Assembly (NCBI GenBank): GCA_009103225.1 | Contig: RHPI01002069.1 | Coordinates: forward strand, 769,378-833,377 | Direction: 5' to 3' | DNA: 64,000 nt | DNA from: Chlorokybus atmophyticus | Lineage: Eukaryota > Plantae > Mesostigma and Chlorokybus algae | In this document: positions 35,801-49,000 of the stretch, in pieces | How the letters are laid out: each line of letters starts with the position of its first letter | Position numbering within the stretch: the first letter of the stretch is position 1 | The notes under the pieces: model-generated | What the model was told of the DNA's origin: nothing | The model's input: the letters and a program-made list of their open reading frames with translations, nothing else | Databases searched by the model: none | Program-made: the position numbers and the translations under genes

Positions 35801-38795
35801 GGTTGTCATGGGAAGATCATGCGCATCCTTGTCGGTCCACAAACATACGCGCACGTGTGGACACACAGGGTAGCTTGCTGTCTGCTGGGCTGTTACTCTG
35901 CCTGCATTTTTGTTCAACACCAGCCTTTCTGTCCAGGAAAGCTCAACTTGTGGAAGCAGTCATGCAGCAGCATCACTTGGAAATGGCCAAGCAAGCACCA
36001 GCACAGCAATTAAAGTGAGCGACAGTGGCTTATGACTTGCCATGACAAGGTCATTGGCAAACTGTCTTGCGTCATGCAGGATGGATTCGGGTGTGGCACT
36101 CTATGAGGCTGCCATCACGGCTGCTGACCAAGCCACGTTCATGGCTGAGCTGACAGCCTCTCAGCACGAGGAGTTGTCGGCTTACATGCGAGAGCATGAG
36201 GTATGAAAACATGAGCTGCAGCGCTTGTCTGGTTTCGTTCAGACAGCAAATGCGGCATGTCATGTCATGTGACCCTTGTCGTTGCCTGCATGTCGGCGTG
36301 GCAGGGAGCCCGTGTTGAGCAATGTTATGTTAAGCTGACTGCCACCACTAATTGCAGGAAGAGCAGCGTCAGTTACTGCAGGACAGATTGCAAGAAGCCC
36401 TCGAGGAGGCCAATCTCACAGAGCGCAATGTTTCGCCCTTTCTGCGGCTACGTGTTCACGGGCTAGTGCGTACTACAGACCTGCAAGCTGAACAAGACAA
36501 CGATGATGACACCATGCTGCTGTCTAGAGGTGGAGAAGCGTTGATTACTGTGTGGCGGCCGTCACCTGAGCAGGTGCAAGCCATGTGACTTGCTGCTCCA
36601 GATGCTTGCAGGTAGAGTTTTGCACTGCAATGACGTGCTCTTATTTCCATTGCATGCTTGCAGGTAGAGCAACTTCAGGAGGGCCGGGCGTTTTGGGTCC
36701 GCTCACTGGTGGCCAGCAACTGGAATGATACGCATCCCAGCAGTTTAACAGGCGTGACGCCCGTGGTACACTTGAATACCTGTCGCCAGACATCATGGAC
36801 AACAGTCAATGCAACCGCTCTCAACCAGTTCCGGTGCGTCCTTCGGACAATGAATCAAGCATGCTTCAAGCAATTGGTTGACGGTGGAGTGAAGCTTTCT
36901 TACACTTTCTCTGTGCCCGCAACACGCGCAGTTTCTGGCAAGAGTCACGTGTAGCCACAAGAGTTTGCGAGCTGCAGGGCATGCCCATTGGCAGGTGCAT
37001 TGCCATGTTTTGATTCTACTTTTGCAAAGCTGCAAGGAGAATGCTGCCTACTCACAGTATGTCCTCCTGCGATCAGAGAGTTTGACATAGTAGCGTGGGT
37101 ACTTCATGTGGGCGAGCAGACAACCTATGGTGAACGTTCGCAGCAATGGGTGTTCCTTGCCGATGACTCCTGTGACGGTGGTGATGTTGACCCGGACGCC
37201 GGTGGAGAAGTGGACTTGCTGGCGGTTGAGTTGAATGCACCTGTAGATGCATTTACGCCGCTGGAGGCGTCTTGCCAAGGGACTTTGGTACGCATCTGAT
37301 GTTGCTTGCATGCAGCGTGTTGTCTTGACACCTGGTTGCTGACAAGGGCGTGTTGCAGCTTGCTTTCGGCAACTTGATGTACAGATGCAGAGACTCCAGT
37401 CGAGGGATGCAGAATGCAGCAGTGATGGACGTGACTGGCATAACAGCATTTCCAAAAGCTCAGCACTTGGCTTCTTCAGCTGCACACCTCAAGCCATGGG
37501 CTGCAGCACAGTATGCGGTGCGTACACTCGCTCATCCAGTTGTGCTCTGAGCACCGAGGCTACGTTCATGAGTAGAAGCAGTAACCTTACTTCTGTTGTT
37601 GTTGAATGGCCTCAACGAGAAACGTGTCATGGTGTTACTAATTGACAGCTGCTGTCACAGGAGTTGCTCGGCATGCGCAAGAGGGTCCTCCGCGCCCTTG
37701 GCTTGAATGAGGATACGGACATAAGCGCAGATCAGACTGATGCTGCTACACTAGACACGCCTCACAACCCCTTGCCCATGGCTACAAGGGTAATTGTTGC
37801 CAGCATTATTGCAATTAATAAGCAGGAGCAGCGGTCAACTTTCACAGCATCCCTGCACCTGCTGAAACTTGGTGCTGTCGGCGATATTGCAATACCGGCG
37901 AGCAGCTTACCAAAGACGCCAACTCCATATCTTACATATGAAGTTGTGCTGGATGATGGGGTTGCATTGCATCATGTAGCTGCTTCGGTCGATGTCCTGA
38001 AGGCAATCTTTGCCACGCTGCCTATCACATTGGACAACATTCGCTCCGCACTGCTGGACAATCGGCAAGTGTTGGCCCAGCACCCACCTGCGGGTGTGAT
38101 GCGCCAGTGTTTAAACAACTTGACTGTGTTGCGGTTGACTGCACCCGGGTCCACTCCAAGAAGGCAAGCAGTAGCTGTCAAGTTTGCATGGATATCTGGC
38201 AAGAAGACTTGCACGTGAGTAACATTTGTGGCTACTTGTGCGCAGCCTAGCAGACACGCTGGTTGAAGTGCTGATGAACGGTGTTGTGTTCGCCGAGGAG
38301 TGGACCAGCGCGCTGGAAACAGCCATTTCCCAGATAGGCGACCTTGATTGTGGCCACTCTTGTACAAGCGTAGCCCTTTTGACGAGAGTGCAGTGCTTAC
38401 TTGAGGAAGTTCACAAGCGCTGCCTTGACACTGGTGACGGCGCGGACAAAGCCTGCATTGTGGATTGCGCCTTGGAAGATGTCAAAGCACACACGGAGGT
38501 TGGCACAGGCCCAATCGTTGGTCCCGTGTTCCTCCTGGCAAGCACTTGGGAGGCAATCCGCCAGGTTGTGCTGGCCGCACTGGCACAGAGCCACCTCAAG
38601 GTGCGTGCAGTCCTCGTATGCCACCTTGTGCGCTTGCAGCAGAAGCAGCCCAACTCAACATGTGCTTGTTGCAAACAGGTCACCCTGCACGGCATGCCTG
38701 GTGTGGGCAACAGCCCCGCGCACTGGTGTGTTGCTGCCGTTAAGCAGCAGGCGTTGTGTCCGCTGCTGAACGACTGGCTGTCGTATCAGTTGTAG
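29865..38795 (+). CDS. BRCA2: BRCA2 homolog (BRC repeats plus helical/OB-fold DNA-binding domain), multi-exon; 5' end uncertain
   Basis: [17 protein letters not shown]...LDQLKYR|YERE...[24 protein letters not shown]|[53 protein letters not shown] and QWVFLAD are BRCA2 DBD hallmarks. BRC-like repeats lie at 32575-33540. Confidence 0.9.
32575..33480 (+). repeat. In-frame tandem duplication of a 453-bp (151-aa) unit within BRCA2, two BRC-like repeats per unit
   Basis: Matching positions 32575/33028 and 32968/33421 give a constant 453-bp offset with high nucleotide identity. Confidence 0.93.
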
Positions 38796-39354
38796 GGTTG
38801 TAAGGTCAGTTGTACAACCGTTGTGTACAACAGTGCTGGTGCTTCCCCAGCACATGTTTTATAGAGTAGGGCTTATTGATTTGGTGCTAGATGCTTTAGT
38901 TGTTGATGTCTGTAGTTGACTGCTGTTGTAAGGTGATGTGAGGTGTCGCTGATATGTGTGCATACATTGTAATGAGCCATGTCAGCATCCCAATGAGTCT
39001 GCGTATCCCACCTACACTAAGTGTTGCATCGTCTGCACCCACAAATATTTATGTGTACAGCTCTGCCACAACCGTGTCAATGCATGTGGGCATTGTATGC
39101 AAAGCAGTGTGCAACACCACAGTTTCACCCTGATCTGGCTCTATGATGGCATTTGGTGTGCAAAGCACCCTAAACCGCTATGCTTGCAGGCAACAGTGTG
39201 TTCAATGGCTGTTGATGTATGAACAGCCACAATCACTCAACCTAGCTGCACATTTTTGCTAATGTCCTGCGATAATAGTGCATATCTAAGCACACAACAA
39301 TTGTCAATAACTAGCTCAAACTGCATACATGTCTAAGAAGCTATCAACATCAAC

Positions 39355-40515
39355 CTAGTCCTTACTACTGCTGCTATCAGCCTGCTGGGCTTTTTGTTGA
39401 GCCTCCTTGCGGCTGAACAACAGCTGCGCAATGTGCAATCGCTGCGCACCGGCAGGGTGCGCTGCAAGACGGGATTCGGGACCCCTGTAGACGTTGTGGT
39501 TGTACATGTCTGTGTAACCCAACAGAACCGCCGTACCAAACAACCCGCACCTGAATGTTCGTGTACGGTTTGTGTTGGGCACAGACAGACACAGTAGTGA
39601 CACAATTGGAAGACAATGCCAATTGAAGGGGGAAAACAGTGTAACGAAGGTGCATGCTATGTGCAGCTGGAGACGGGACAGAGAAAACACACTATTGTGA
39701 CAAAACCAGACACCAAAAGACAACCACCATGATGCATGAGCTCACCCGACCAGCAGCGATGTGGCGCAGAATAGCGCAGCATTGAGAGGCAGCTGCGTGC
39801 CAACATGACGCGATCGGGACGCCGCCCGCGCCCCCGCGCTGCTGTAGTAGCCGCGCCCTCCGACCCGCCTGTGGCCTGACGCCTCCTGCAGCGCCGCGTG
39901 GTACGCCTCGGTTATGCGCTGAAATTGCTCGCTGTCCCCGTTGTTCTTGTCAGGATGCCTGTTTAGAGAGGAACACATCACGGTGGGCATAAGTTGAAAT
40001 GCTTATCAGACACTGCTCGCTTTACACTTCAAGCATGCAGCTTTGCGTGTGCCGCTGAGATTGCATGCAAGTTACCTTGAGTTGAGTACTGAATTGAACC
40101 CAATGCATCATGGACAAACTGACAGAATGGTGGATGCAGCACGTTGATGCCTTACAATGGTGTTTGGTTGTGAACGGGCGTAGCAGAATAGCGTCTTGCG
40201 TGCTCGTTTAATCTGCTACTGGTGCAGACACCAGTCAAATGCATGCATGCATGCTTGACGATGCTAGTACAAGCCAAAACACGAGCAAGTGAGTAACATG
40301 TGATATAGCAAACAAGGAGACTCGCTTGAACAAACCATGCGCAAGAATAAGTGTGAGAGTGGGTGCAGCCAAATTAAGCCTTACCACTGCAGCGCGAGTT
40401 TGCGGTACTGAGCCTTAACCTCCTGCGGCGACGTGCCTCGCGGCAGGCCCAACACGCCCCACGGCGTCTGCGTGCCTGTACCTGCGCTCCTCTGCCGCTC
40501 ATCCCCAAACACCAT
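39355..40515 (-). CDS. DnaJ (J-domain) protein with C-terminal hydrophobic segment
   Basis: TPWGVLGLPRGTSPQEVKAQYRKLALQW|HPDKNNGDSEQFQRITEAY contains the HPD motif, followed by LPLNAALFCATSLLVG|CGLFGTAVLLGY. A 5' extension to 40866 is possible. Confidence 0.85.
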
Positions 40516-41013
40516 GCTCTACTCTAAAACTACTTTCGCTAATACTAGTAATTGTACTGGTACTGCTACCTCTACTACTTCCAGTTTGCCTGCAGCAGGG
40601 CTGAAATTCAATTTGAAACCCTCGCGCGCATGCCACCGCACCCGCCAGGCTCCGCCGCCTCCTCCGCCGCTGCATGCGCGCGCCAGGCGTTGATGTCGTC
40701 GTCGTTTCCCTCCTCCTTCACCTGCTGCGCTTGCTCTTTGTTGGCGTCGTCTCTCCAGCTCTTCTGGACGACCTCGCCAGCGCACTCCAACACCACCGGC
40801 GTCGCCGCCTTCCAACCCAGATGGCAATGACGACGACAATGCCACGCGGAGGGACGACGTGGACATGTCAATTAGCTGCCAGCTCGCAGAGCGGCGGCGA
40901 CGGTGCTAGCCGTTGTCCAGGCAGGGGCGGCGTCATGGGTTGCGGTGATTCACCTCCTCCCTGTCCACCTCCTCCTGATCAGCCTCCTTGTGCTGGGCCA
41001 CATTGACGGCGTG

Positions 41014-43478
41014 ATGGCCGGGAGGCTGCTGGGGCGGAGGCTGGGGCTTGCCGCCTCCGCCGCCGCAGTGAGGGCGGCGGCGGCGGCGGCGGTAAACGTA
41101 CCCTTACATCTATCAGCTACATGTTTTCGGCCGCTCCCTTCGCCGCCGCTGCTCCGTCGCCGTGTGGCCAGCGCCTGCACCACCACCAACGCCGTCAGCG
41201 ACAGCGCCGGCACGGTGGGCCTCTGCACCAATGTTGCATGCTGTCGATCTTGACAATGTTTATGCTTGCTTCCGAACATGCCACCATTGCAGCAGCAGCA
41301 ACAGCAGCAAGCATGTGGAAGCTTGCAAGAATAGTGTGCAAATGGTGCTCAGCACTGTCAAGTCAATCGCGTTCATGCTGTGCTCTTGCTCTCGGGTGCG
41401 TGGCGTCAATCTCTGGCTGACCAGCAAACCGTTGTTACCATATGCGCAAACTTGTCAGTTGCATGATTGCACTGGCGTTTCCTAACCACTTTCTTGCTGT
41501 TGGTCGCATAGGATGCTGCCCTCAATTGCACCCTCGCTCACTCACTCACTCACTTACTGCGCAGCCATCCTGTTTCCTCCAACTCTCAACATGCAGCTTT
41601 TCCCTTCTCACTAGCTCTCCCAACCATGCAGGTGGCGGATGATGTGCCGGCCTCTGGACCCGGGGGCGTGAATCCGCTGGCGCCAGCACCGGCGACAGGC
41701 GTGGAGCTGGAAGCCCAGACGGTCCTCAACTCCTGCTGGAACCGCCTCCTCGAGCGCGAGCAATACAACTCCGCCAACATCAACTTCCCACGCGAGTTCC
41801 TTTTCCTCCACTGCGCCCCCGGCACAGGTGTGTGATGTGACTACTCACACAATACAAGGCGCGTCGTTCCAACATGTGATGTTGCAATGCAGGCAAGGAG
41901 TTGATCACCAATGTTGTGTTGGCTTCGAGGGGTTTCGTTGCGAAGACTGTCCACTGCGGGGAGCTGCTGTGGAGCTCCCCGAGCACGCACGCTCTCATGG
42001 CCAATCATCAACCCGTGCCAGAACCTGCTGTTGTGTCGCTGTTGTTGGAAGAGATCCTGGACCCCTCGCACGGCGGACCCACCGCAGGTATTCGGCCACA
42101 GTACTCAACGAATGCAGGCCATTCAAGTGCTTGGTGTATGATACATGCATTACGTGCGTGTGTGCGCGCGCTCGCGCACGGGCTTGTGCGCATGTGCGCG
42201 TGGGTGCGTGTGGGTGCATGCGTGTGTACACGTGCGCGCATGCTCACAAGTGGCACGAGTGACAAACGCGGGACTATGGTTGTGCGCGACAGGCATTGCT
42301 ATTGAGGGATTTCCCAGGACGCCCCTGCAGGCGGAGGTGGTGAAGCAGCTGTTCCAGCGGGTGCGCGACTACCATCTCAAGCACGTGGACACCCCTGCCG
42401 AAGCACGGTTCCCTCGGCCGATGTTCCGGGCCGCTGTGCTGTACCTGGAAGAAGGCGAGAGCGTCCGGCGCCAGCTGGCCCGAGGCCGAGCCGTCCTGCG
42501 CCACAACAAGCAGGCAAGCACAATCCAGGACAACGCATCACTAGGAAAAGACAGTATCTGAACGCCATGCCTGAATGCTTGTCAAACCAGCACTGCAACG
42601 ATGGGCCACAGCGTCATTTTATACACGATATGGTCGTGTGACATGTGTTAGTAAGCAAGCAAAAGACAACAATCACTTGACAAATCCTAGTAACTTGTTT
42701 GTTTACACACGAGCATGTGTCCATGACCGAGTGCCACAAGCTCGTCATTGCATCAATCAAAGCACTTGTTGAGTAATTGCAGGTGAGGGACAGTGGTATG
42801 GGTGAGCTGTGGGAGGAGGTCCCCTCCGACATGAGCGAGTCGGCTGCTCAGCAGCGTTACCAGCAATTCCGTCGCAACTACCAGGCGATGCTTCGTCTTC
42901 GTCACGCCTTCCCGTTCCACTTTATCGACGCGATGGGTAGCCTGGCGGACTGCAAGGCTCGCATCGCCCAGGAGATGCGTTACCAGAGCGCGTTCGAGCT
43001 CTCGGAGGCCACGCACGCGGCCATCCGCCACATACCCCTCTCGAGCGACCTCGTCAAGCACTCGCGCCAGCGCCTCGTCGCGCGCCTCGAGGACTACTGC
43101 GCCAAAGAGGCGGACGCATTCCAGCACGTCGTTAAGATCATCCATGCCGAGGTGTTGCCCATACTGCGAAAGAGCGCACTTGGGGGATCCGCCGTCTACA
43201 GCACCGAGGCTGAGTTCTTCAAGCACAACGCCCACGCCGCCGACATGCTCGCAGACATACTGTCTGAGAGGGGGTTCTCTGTCACCTGGCGTAAGGTCCA
43301 TTGGGACGTGCCCGTCAAAGTGAACCCGTTCTCGTATGATATTGAGTCCGAGCAGCATCTGGCCTACATCTTCCGCATCAGCTTCGAGCGGCCTGTCATT
43401 AGGGTAGCGGAAACTAATGATCATCTGCTGCACTTGCCGGCTTCAGAACCAGCTGCCTCAGGCTCGGGCTCGGCCTAG
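41014..43478 (+). CDS. Long bacterial-type adenylate-kinase-like protein with organellar targeting peptide and atypical P-loop
   Basis: Arg/Ala-rich presequence, then NINFPREFLFLHCAPGT|GKEL, AIEGFPRTPLQ, RFPRPMFRAAVLYLEEGESVRRQLARG, FPFHFIDAMGS...EMRYQSAFELSE.T and LADILSERGF. This matches my recollection of the roughly 380-aa AK family of Verrucomicrobia-type bacteria and scattered algae/protists. Confidence 0.75.
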
Positions 43479-43621
43479 TAACCGCTGTTTTTGTTTATAT
43501 GTGTATAACTATGTGCGTGATGTATGGCTAATCATGCCACCCGCACATTTGGTGTTGTACAACTTGTACGGTCTATATCATATGCATTTGCTGCAGGCAA
43601 CTGTGCAGCATCACACTACAC

Positions 43622-43682
43622 ACACACGACACGATACGACACGACACGACATGACACGAGACGACACGACATGACGCGACAC
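43622..43682. repeat. (ACACG/ACATG)n pentanucleotide microsatellite
   Basis: acacgacacgatacgacacgacacgacatgacacgag... Confidence 0.88.
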
Positions 43683-46051
43683 ACTGCAACTTACACAAGC
43701 GGTGCGTGCTTGGTCAATAGCCTGTGGCCAGGGTCCGAGCTACGTAGGGTTGAACAAGGGGCCACATAATAGAGTAACCAAGCACAACCAACCAAGCAAT
43801 CAGCTTCGACTATGGGGTTGGACATATGTGCATATGGCATGATAGATATGCAGTAAGCCATGGCTAGACAAGACAACAACGCAACCGCACAAGTTAATAT
43901 AAGATTTGACCAGGGGGTGCTGCTGGCCACTGCCCAACTCAACCACTAGATACACAACACTGCACCACACTATGTGCGTATGCGTGCAAGTGCGTGCAGC
44001 AGTAGGAACGGCAACAGCAAAGGGCAACCACCTGCAGCAGCCGAGCAGGGGAAAGAGACACAGCTGTGGTGAGTTTGCGGGCTTGGCATGTGTGGGAGTA
44101 CTGTGCGATGGGTGTGCAACGTGTAGTGTGTGCGTGCTGATAAAGCGCCACAACCCCCCGCGCCCTCTTACTCAACACCGCCGCCAACCCATGTCACATA
44201 AACGACAACCACAGACTGTCCGGTGGCGAGTTGCGTATTATGGCCGTTAGTTCGCCAGTATGAATACGACATGAGCAGTAGAATAGAAGAGGCATATGCA
44301 ATGAGTTGTGTGAGCATGCAAGCATGCACAGCAATTGGTCCAGTTGACAAAGAGCAAGCAGAACCTAACTCTGCATGTGCGGGCACATCATGCTCCCCAC
44401 ACCACGTCACCACAACTTACCTGCAATACCTATTGACGATGTAGGTGATGTTCATGCATGAGGTTGATCGTCGCGTACATACGGGGTGCTGCATCACACA
44501 TGCCAACATATATGCGCACTGGGTTGCTGCACATGCTATAGTCACATGCACGATCCTAGAGTGTAACGGGAAGGTACATCAAATTACCACAAATCGGCCA
44601 TAAAAGCATTAAGTCTTGTATGGTCGAGTGCGTTGTGACACAGAGCATTCACCATTATCATTACACCACCACCGCTGTGCTGTGATCTCTGCCTACTCAG
44701 TCTAGCTACCCTCTACATGCATAACTCCAAACAAGCACAAAGCCATTAGCATGCCTGCCCACATGGGCCGGGGTCAGTCGTTATTAGCAATGCAAAGCCC
44801 GAAAGACATTCAAGACCGGCATCGGCACTAGAGGCAGACATTGCGAGACTACCTGCATGAAAGCCGAAGAAAGCAAAGATAAGGTTGGCAATGGCACGGA
44901 CGCGGCGAACGACGAGGACGACGACCAGCTCCCGCCGCCATGGTTCCAATAGCTTGGCTCTGTACATGCCACAACTCACGGCCGGAATGGCTGCATTGCA
45001 AAATAGTTCTTGAAGTTATGCAGGCATTGAGTGTCACCCGCATGCAATGCCCGTGTCATGAACAACGTGCAGTGGGCATGTCAATGCTCCCCTTTGATGG
45101 TGACAACTTTTGATTCATCAATCATTACCAATAGCCACTGCTGCTGCAATAACATATAAGCCTACATTATACGAAACTTGTGCAGGTCTACAACACTGCG
45201 CAATGTGAGCAGCAAAGTCAGATCATCGTACCGCTGATACTGCATGTCACGAGTGCATACTCATTTAGGGTAGTGCGATAGGTGACCCTTCGTGATGTGC
45301 CTTTAACTGATCTGATTGGTGGTTTGCGGGTACCCTTCTGCAGAAAACCCGTGCCTTTTGCGTGCCTTGGACAAAAAACGAGCCACACTAATTGTTGCAC
45401 TTGCTGATCAAGTTACTCTCCCAAGCTCAATTGCCGGACTGCATTGTTTTGTGTGCTGCGGAAACAAAGATGCACGTGCAAGTCCATGGCCTCTTCATGG
45501 CGTCAGACCTGTGCTGCACAGGCTGTGCATCTCGGTGTGCCACATTGCATGGATAATCTCAGTTGATGGAGAGATTCATGATGGTGAGATTCAGGTTCCC
45601 TCAGTTGATACCCCGAATCTGCAAAAAGCCGCGTTGTGAATCGGCCAGCGAAACGTACGCGCGTCGCATCATGCAACTCGCACGTGCTCTTCTGTTTGTT
45701 TGCGTTCAGTGAGCCTACTCTGCTGCTCGCTCACCGGCTCACTCGTAGGCTGTGAGTCAGCTGCTCCAATGCTATGGTTCAGTGAACCGTAGTTGGACAT
45801 CACTGCACACATTGAGGCACTTAACTACTTTACTTTATTACTTTCCGCCGCTGCTGCGTTGAAGGGAGCGAGCGACGTCGTCTGCTGTGGGCAAGCAGCT
45901 TGGCTCGCAGACTGCTGCGGTTGTTGCTCGGAAGACGGCCTGCTTCAAGTGAGCTACGTGCCTGTGAAGCTAGCTGCTGCATTGCCGGAGCGACGGTGAC
46001 GGAGGCGGTGGTGTTACCGAGGGACGCATTGGAGGTGGTTGTTCTTGCGCA

Positions 46052-49000
46052 ATGATGGTGTCGACGGCGACGGCGACGGCGATGGGGGTGGTTGTCCCCA
46101 CGGCCGCCTCCGTGTCCTCCTCAGCCGGCGCATGCCGCTCCAGAACCGCTGCTGCTCCCGCCTACACCGGGCTGAGGCGTGCCCGGGCGGCGTCCAGGAC
46201 TGCTTCAGCTCGGCTGCAGGCTAGGGTTGCAAGGAGTAGTGGCCGTGCCAGCAGCAGCGGACGCATGGTTGTGCGCTGCGATGTCGGCGAGGAGGTCGAG
46301 GTGGAGTTCATCCTGCCACACCAGGTGCGCATTGGCCACAACGAAACAGGAAGCTATCAATGCCAGCAAGATTGTGTCTCTCGTCGGAACGAAGGTGTTT
46401 TCAGTTGTCACTGTGTGCATCGGACCTCACAGCAACTTGTCTGGTCTGGTGCTTGGGTAATGAGTATGACATACGGCACATACGTTAGCAGACTGCTTTG
46501 TTCACTTGCATGCACGCAACAATGTGAACTGCTTCAGTGCGTTGCACGGCTGTTGGGGCCATTCATCATGCTGAATGGTGTCGGAGGATGGCAGTGACTG
46601 CTCATGTCTTGTTGATGCTTCCACACATTGGATTTTGACAGACCGATCAACCAAGATGTCATGCCCTTAGGGTGGCACATTCTGTGTTGTAAGCGTGTTT
46701 ATGCTTGTGCAACTTCACATGTGCATGCTGCATGGCAGGTCAATTTTGGGGAGGAGCATGCCATCATTGGGTCGGCCCCCGCGATGGGCAACTGGAACCA
46801 AGACAATGCTGCAAAGATGCAGTGGACGGAGAAGGGCTGGCATGCCAGCCTCCGGATTCCGAAAGGCCAGCCCGTTCACTTCAAGTATGTGGTTATGCGC
46901 AATGGAGGCGTTGAATGGGAGCAGGTGAGTTACCTATAAACGAACAACAAGCTTCGCCATGTTGCAATGGCAATTGTGTACTAATGGTTGTGGTCATGCA
47001 GGGCAATGATCGCACCGTGGAGTTCAATGGTGATGTTGCGAAAGCGACAGTTGAGTGCAAGTGGGGTGAAGAGAAGATTAAAGTGGAGAAGGTTGGCAGT
47101 GCGAGCGCCCCAAGCACAACCGCTGAAGGCAATGGCGTGCATGCTGAGTCCCACGAAGCTGCTAAGAGCACTGCAACAGCAGAGCACAAAGTCAAAGAGG
47201 AGTCCAAAGAAGAGGAGTCTGGGGTAGAGTTCTCAAAGAATGTCGCGGGCTGGCAGGGACGCGAGGTAAGCAATCCATCGTGTCAGCTTTGCCAACAACA
47301 GTATTGCATTGCAACCTCCTGCATTATTATTTTGCTTGAAAGATGTTGACACCGATTAGCCTCTGCTGATGGAAAGCCAAATATGAAGGATACCGTCAAA
47401 CAACAGTCAATGTTGGCAATGTTGGCAATGTTGGCAATGTTGGCGTATTGATATGATGTGTCACACCTCACGATGCAGTGTCACTCGACAGGTGAACTTC
47501 ATGCGTTCAAATGAACACGCAAGAGAACGTGAAGGGCTGTGGGACACAACTGGCTTGCAGGTAGTTGCTGTTGCAGTTTGCGGAGCTTGTGGGAGTGCGC
47601 AAGCACTGGCCACTAACGAAGGTGTGTGGCAGGGTGTTTTCAAGCAACTTGTTGAGGGTGACCAAAAATCAGGGAGTTGGAGGAAAAAGGTGTGTCTGTC
47701 GTTGGTAGCAAGTTTGGAGGCATTTCAGTGGTTGTTTTGACATAATGTTTTCTTTCAACAGCTGCTGCTGGTGGAGTCGCTGCTATCGAAAGAGCCAGGG
47801 CAATTTCCCGAGACAGATGCATTGCTCGCTTCTGCCATGTACCTCCAGGTGAGCATCGAGGCTTATGACATGCTGAAAAGTTGGTCTTCCTTCACAAGGA
47901 ACGTATTGCTGGTCACATGCTAAATAGATCAGTGCATATGCATGATAGTTTAACACACTGTTGTTAGCTGTGGCAGTCACAACAAACCAGCATGTAGGCA
48001 TGTCTGATCCTTGTGGAACATGCTTAATGCATGAAAATGGTCTGGGCAACTGCTAAGGTCTGCATGCATGTCCAGTGGATTGGCACAGGCGCAATTCCTT
48101 GCGTTGAAGATGGTGGTCACTATCGTCCCAATGCGCACGCTGAATCTTCAAGGCGCATTTTCAGGACACTGGAATGGATGTCGGCACACCCATCCACCTC
48201 TCTTGAGGTGCATTGTGGAAATGCAAACTTGTAGACCGGCAGCATGCAATGCATTTAGCTATCATTGCGTATAACTTGTGACATAGGTGTTACTACTTGA
48301 CGTTGATACTGGCTGCATTGCAACCACACAGGATAAACTTGTCATCAGGCGCATACATCCGCAGCTTCCAGCCTTCACTGCTGAGTTCACGGCATCGGTG
48401 CCTCTCACGCGCATTCGGGATATTGCTCATCGCAATGACATTCCTCAAGATCTGAAGGTAAGTTGATTGAATCAGCTTGCGGAGTAGCTGTCGCTGTATG
48501 CATGCTGTACATCTAGGGAGAATCATGATGCAGAGGTGATCTGCAGCAAGAGATCAAGCACACCATCCAGAACAAGCTTCATCGCAACGCCGGCCCTGAA
48601 GACTTGGTGGCCACGGAGCTCATGCTGCAGCGCGTCACTGCTAAGCCCGGCGAGTACAACGAGGCGTTCATCAAGGAGTTCAGGCTCTTCCACAAGGAGC
48701 TCAAAGACTTCTTCAACGCTGCCAAGTACGCCTGCGATTTGCATACAGCATGACTGCTTCTGAGGCTAACCACGGATGTTGTTGCAGCGTGACAGAGCGT
48801 CTTGACGACATCAAGCAGTCACTGGACGATTCCGTTGTAGCTATGATAGAGAGTTTGGGTGCCAATAAGCAGGTGCGCGTCTTAGGTGTCACTAATAATG
48901 TTGCAAAGTGCTCGCAGCAGGGATTGTGACTTAGTGTCTGGCTCTATGCAGAAAATGGATGAACTCAATGCCAAGAATGGAAAGGATGGCTCGGAACAAG

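Noticed and set aside
44787-44951. Short + strand reading CKARKTFKTGIGTRGRHCETTCMKAEESK...DDDQLPPPWFQ
   Set aside because: Looks exon-like but has no recognisable family motif and no supportable upstream exons.
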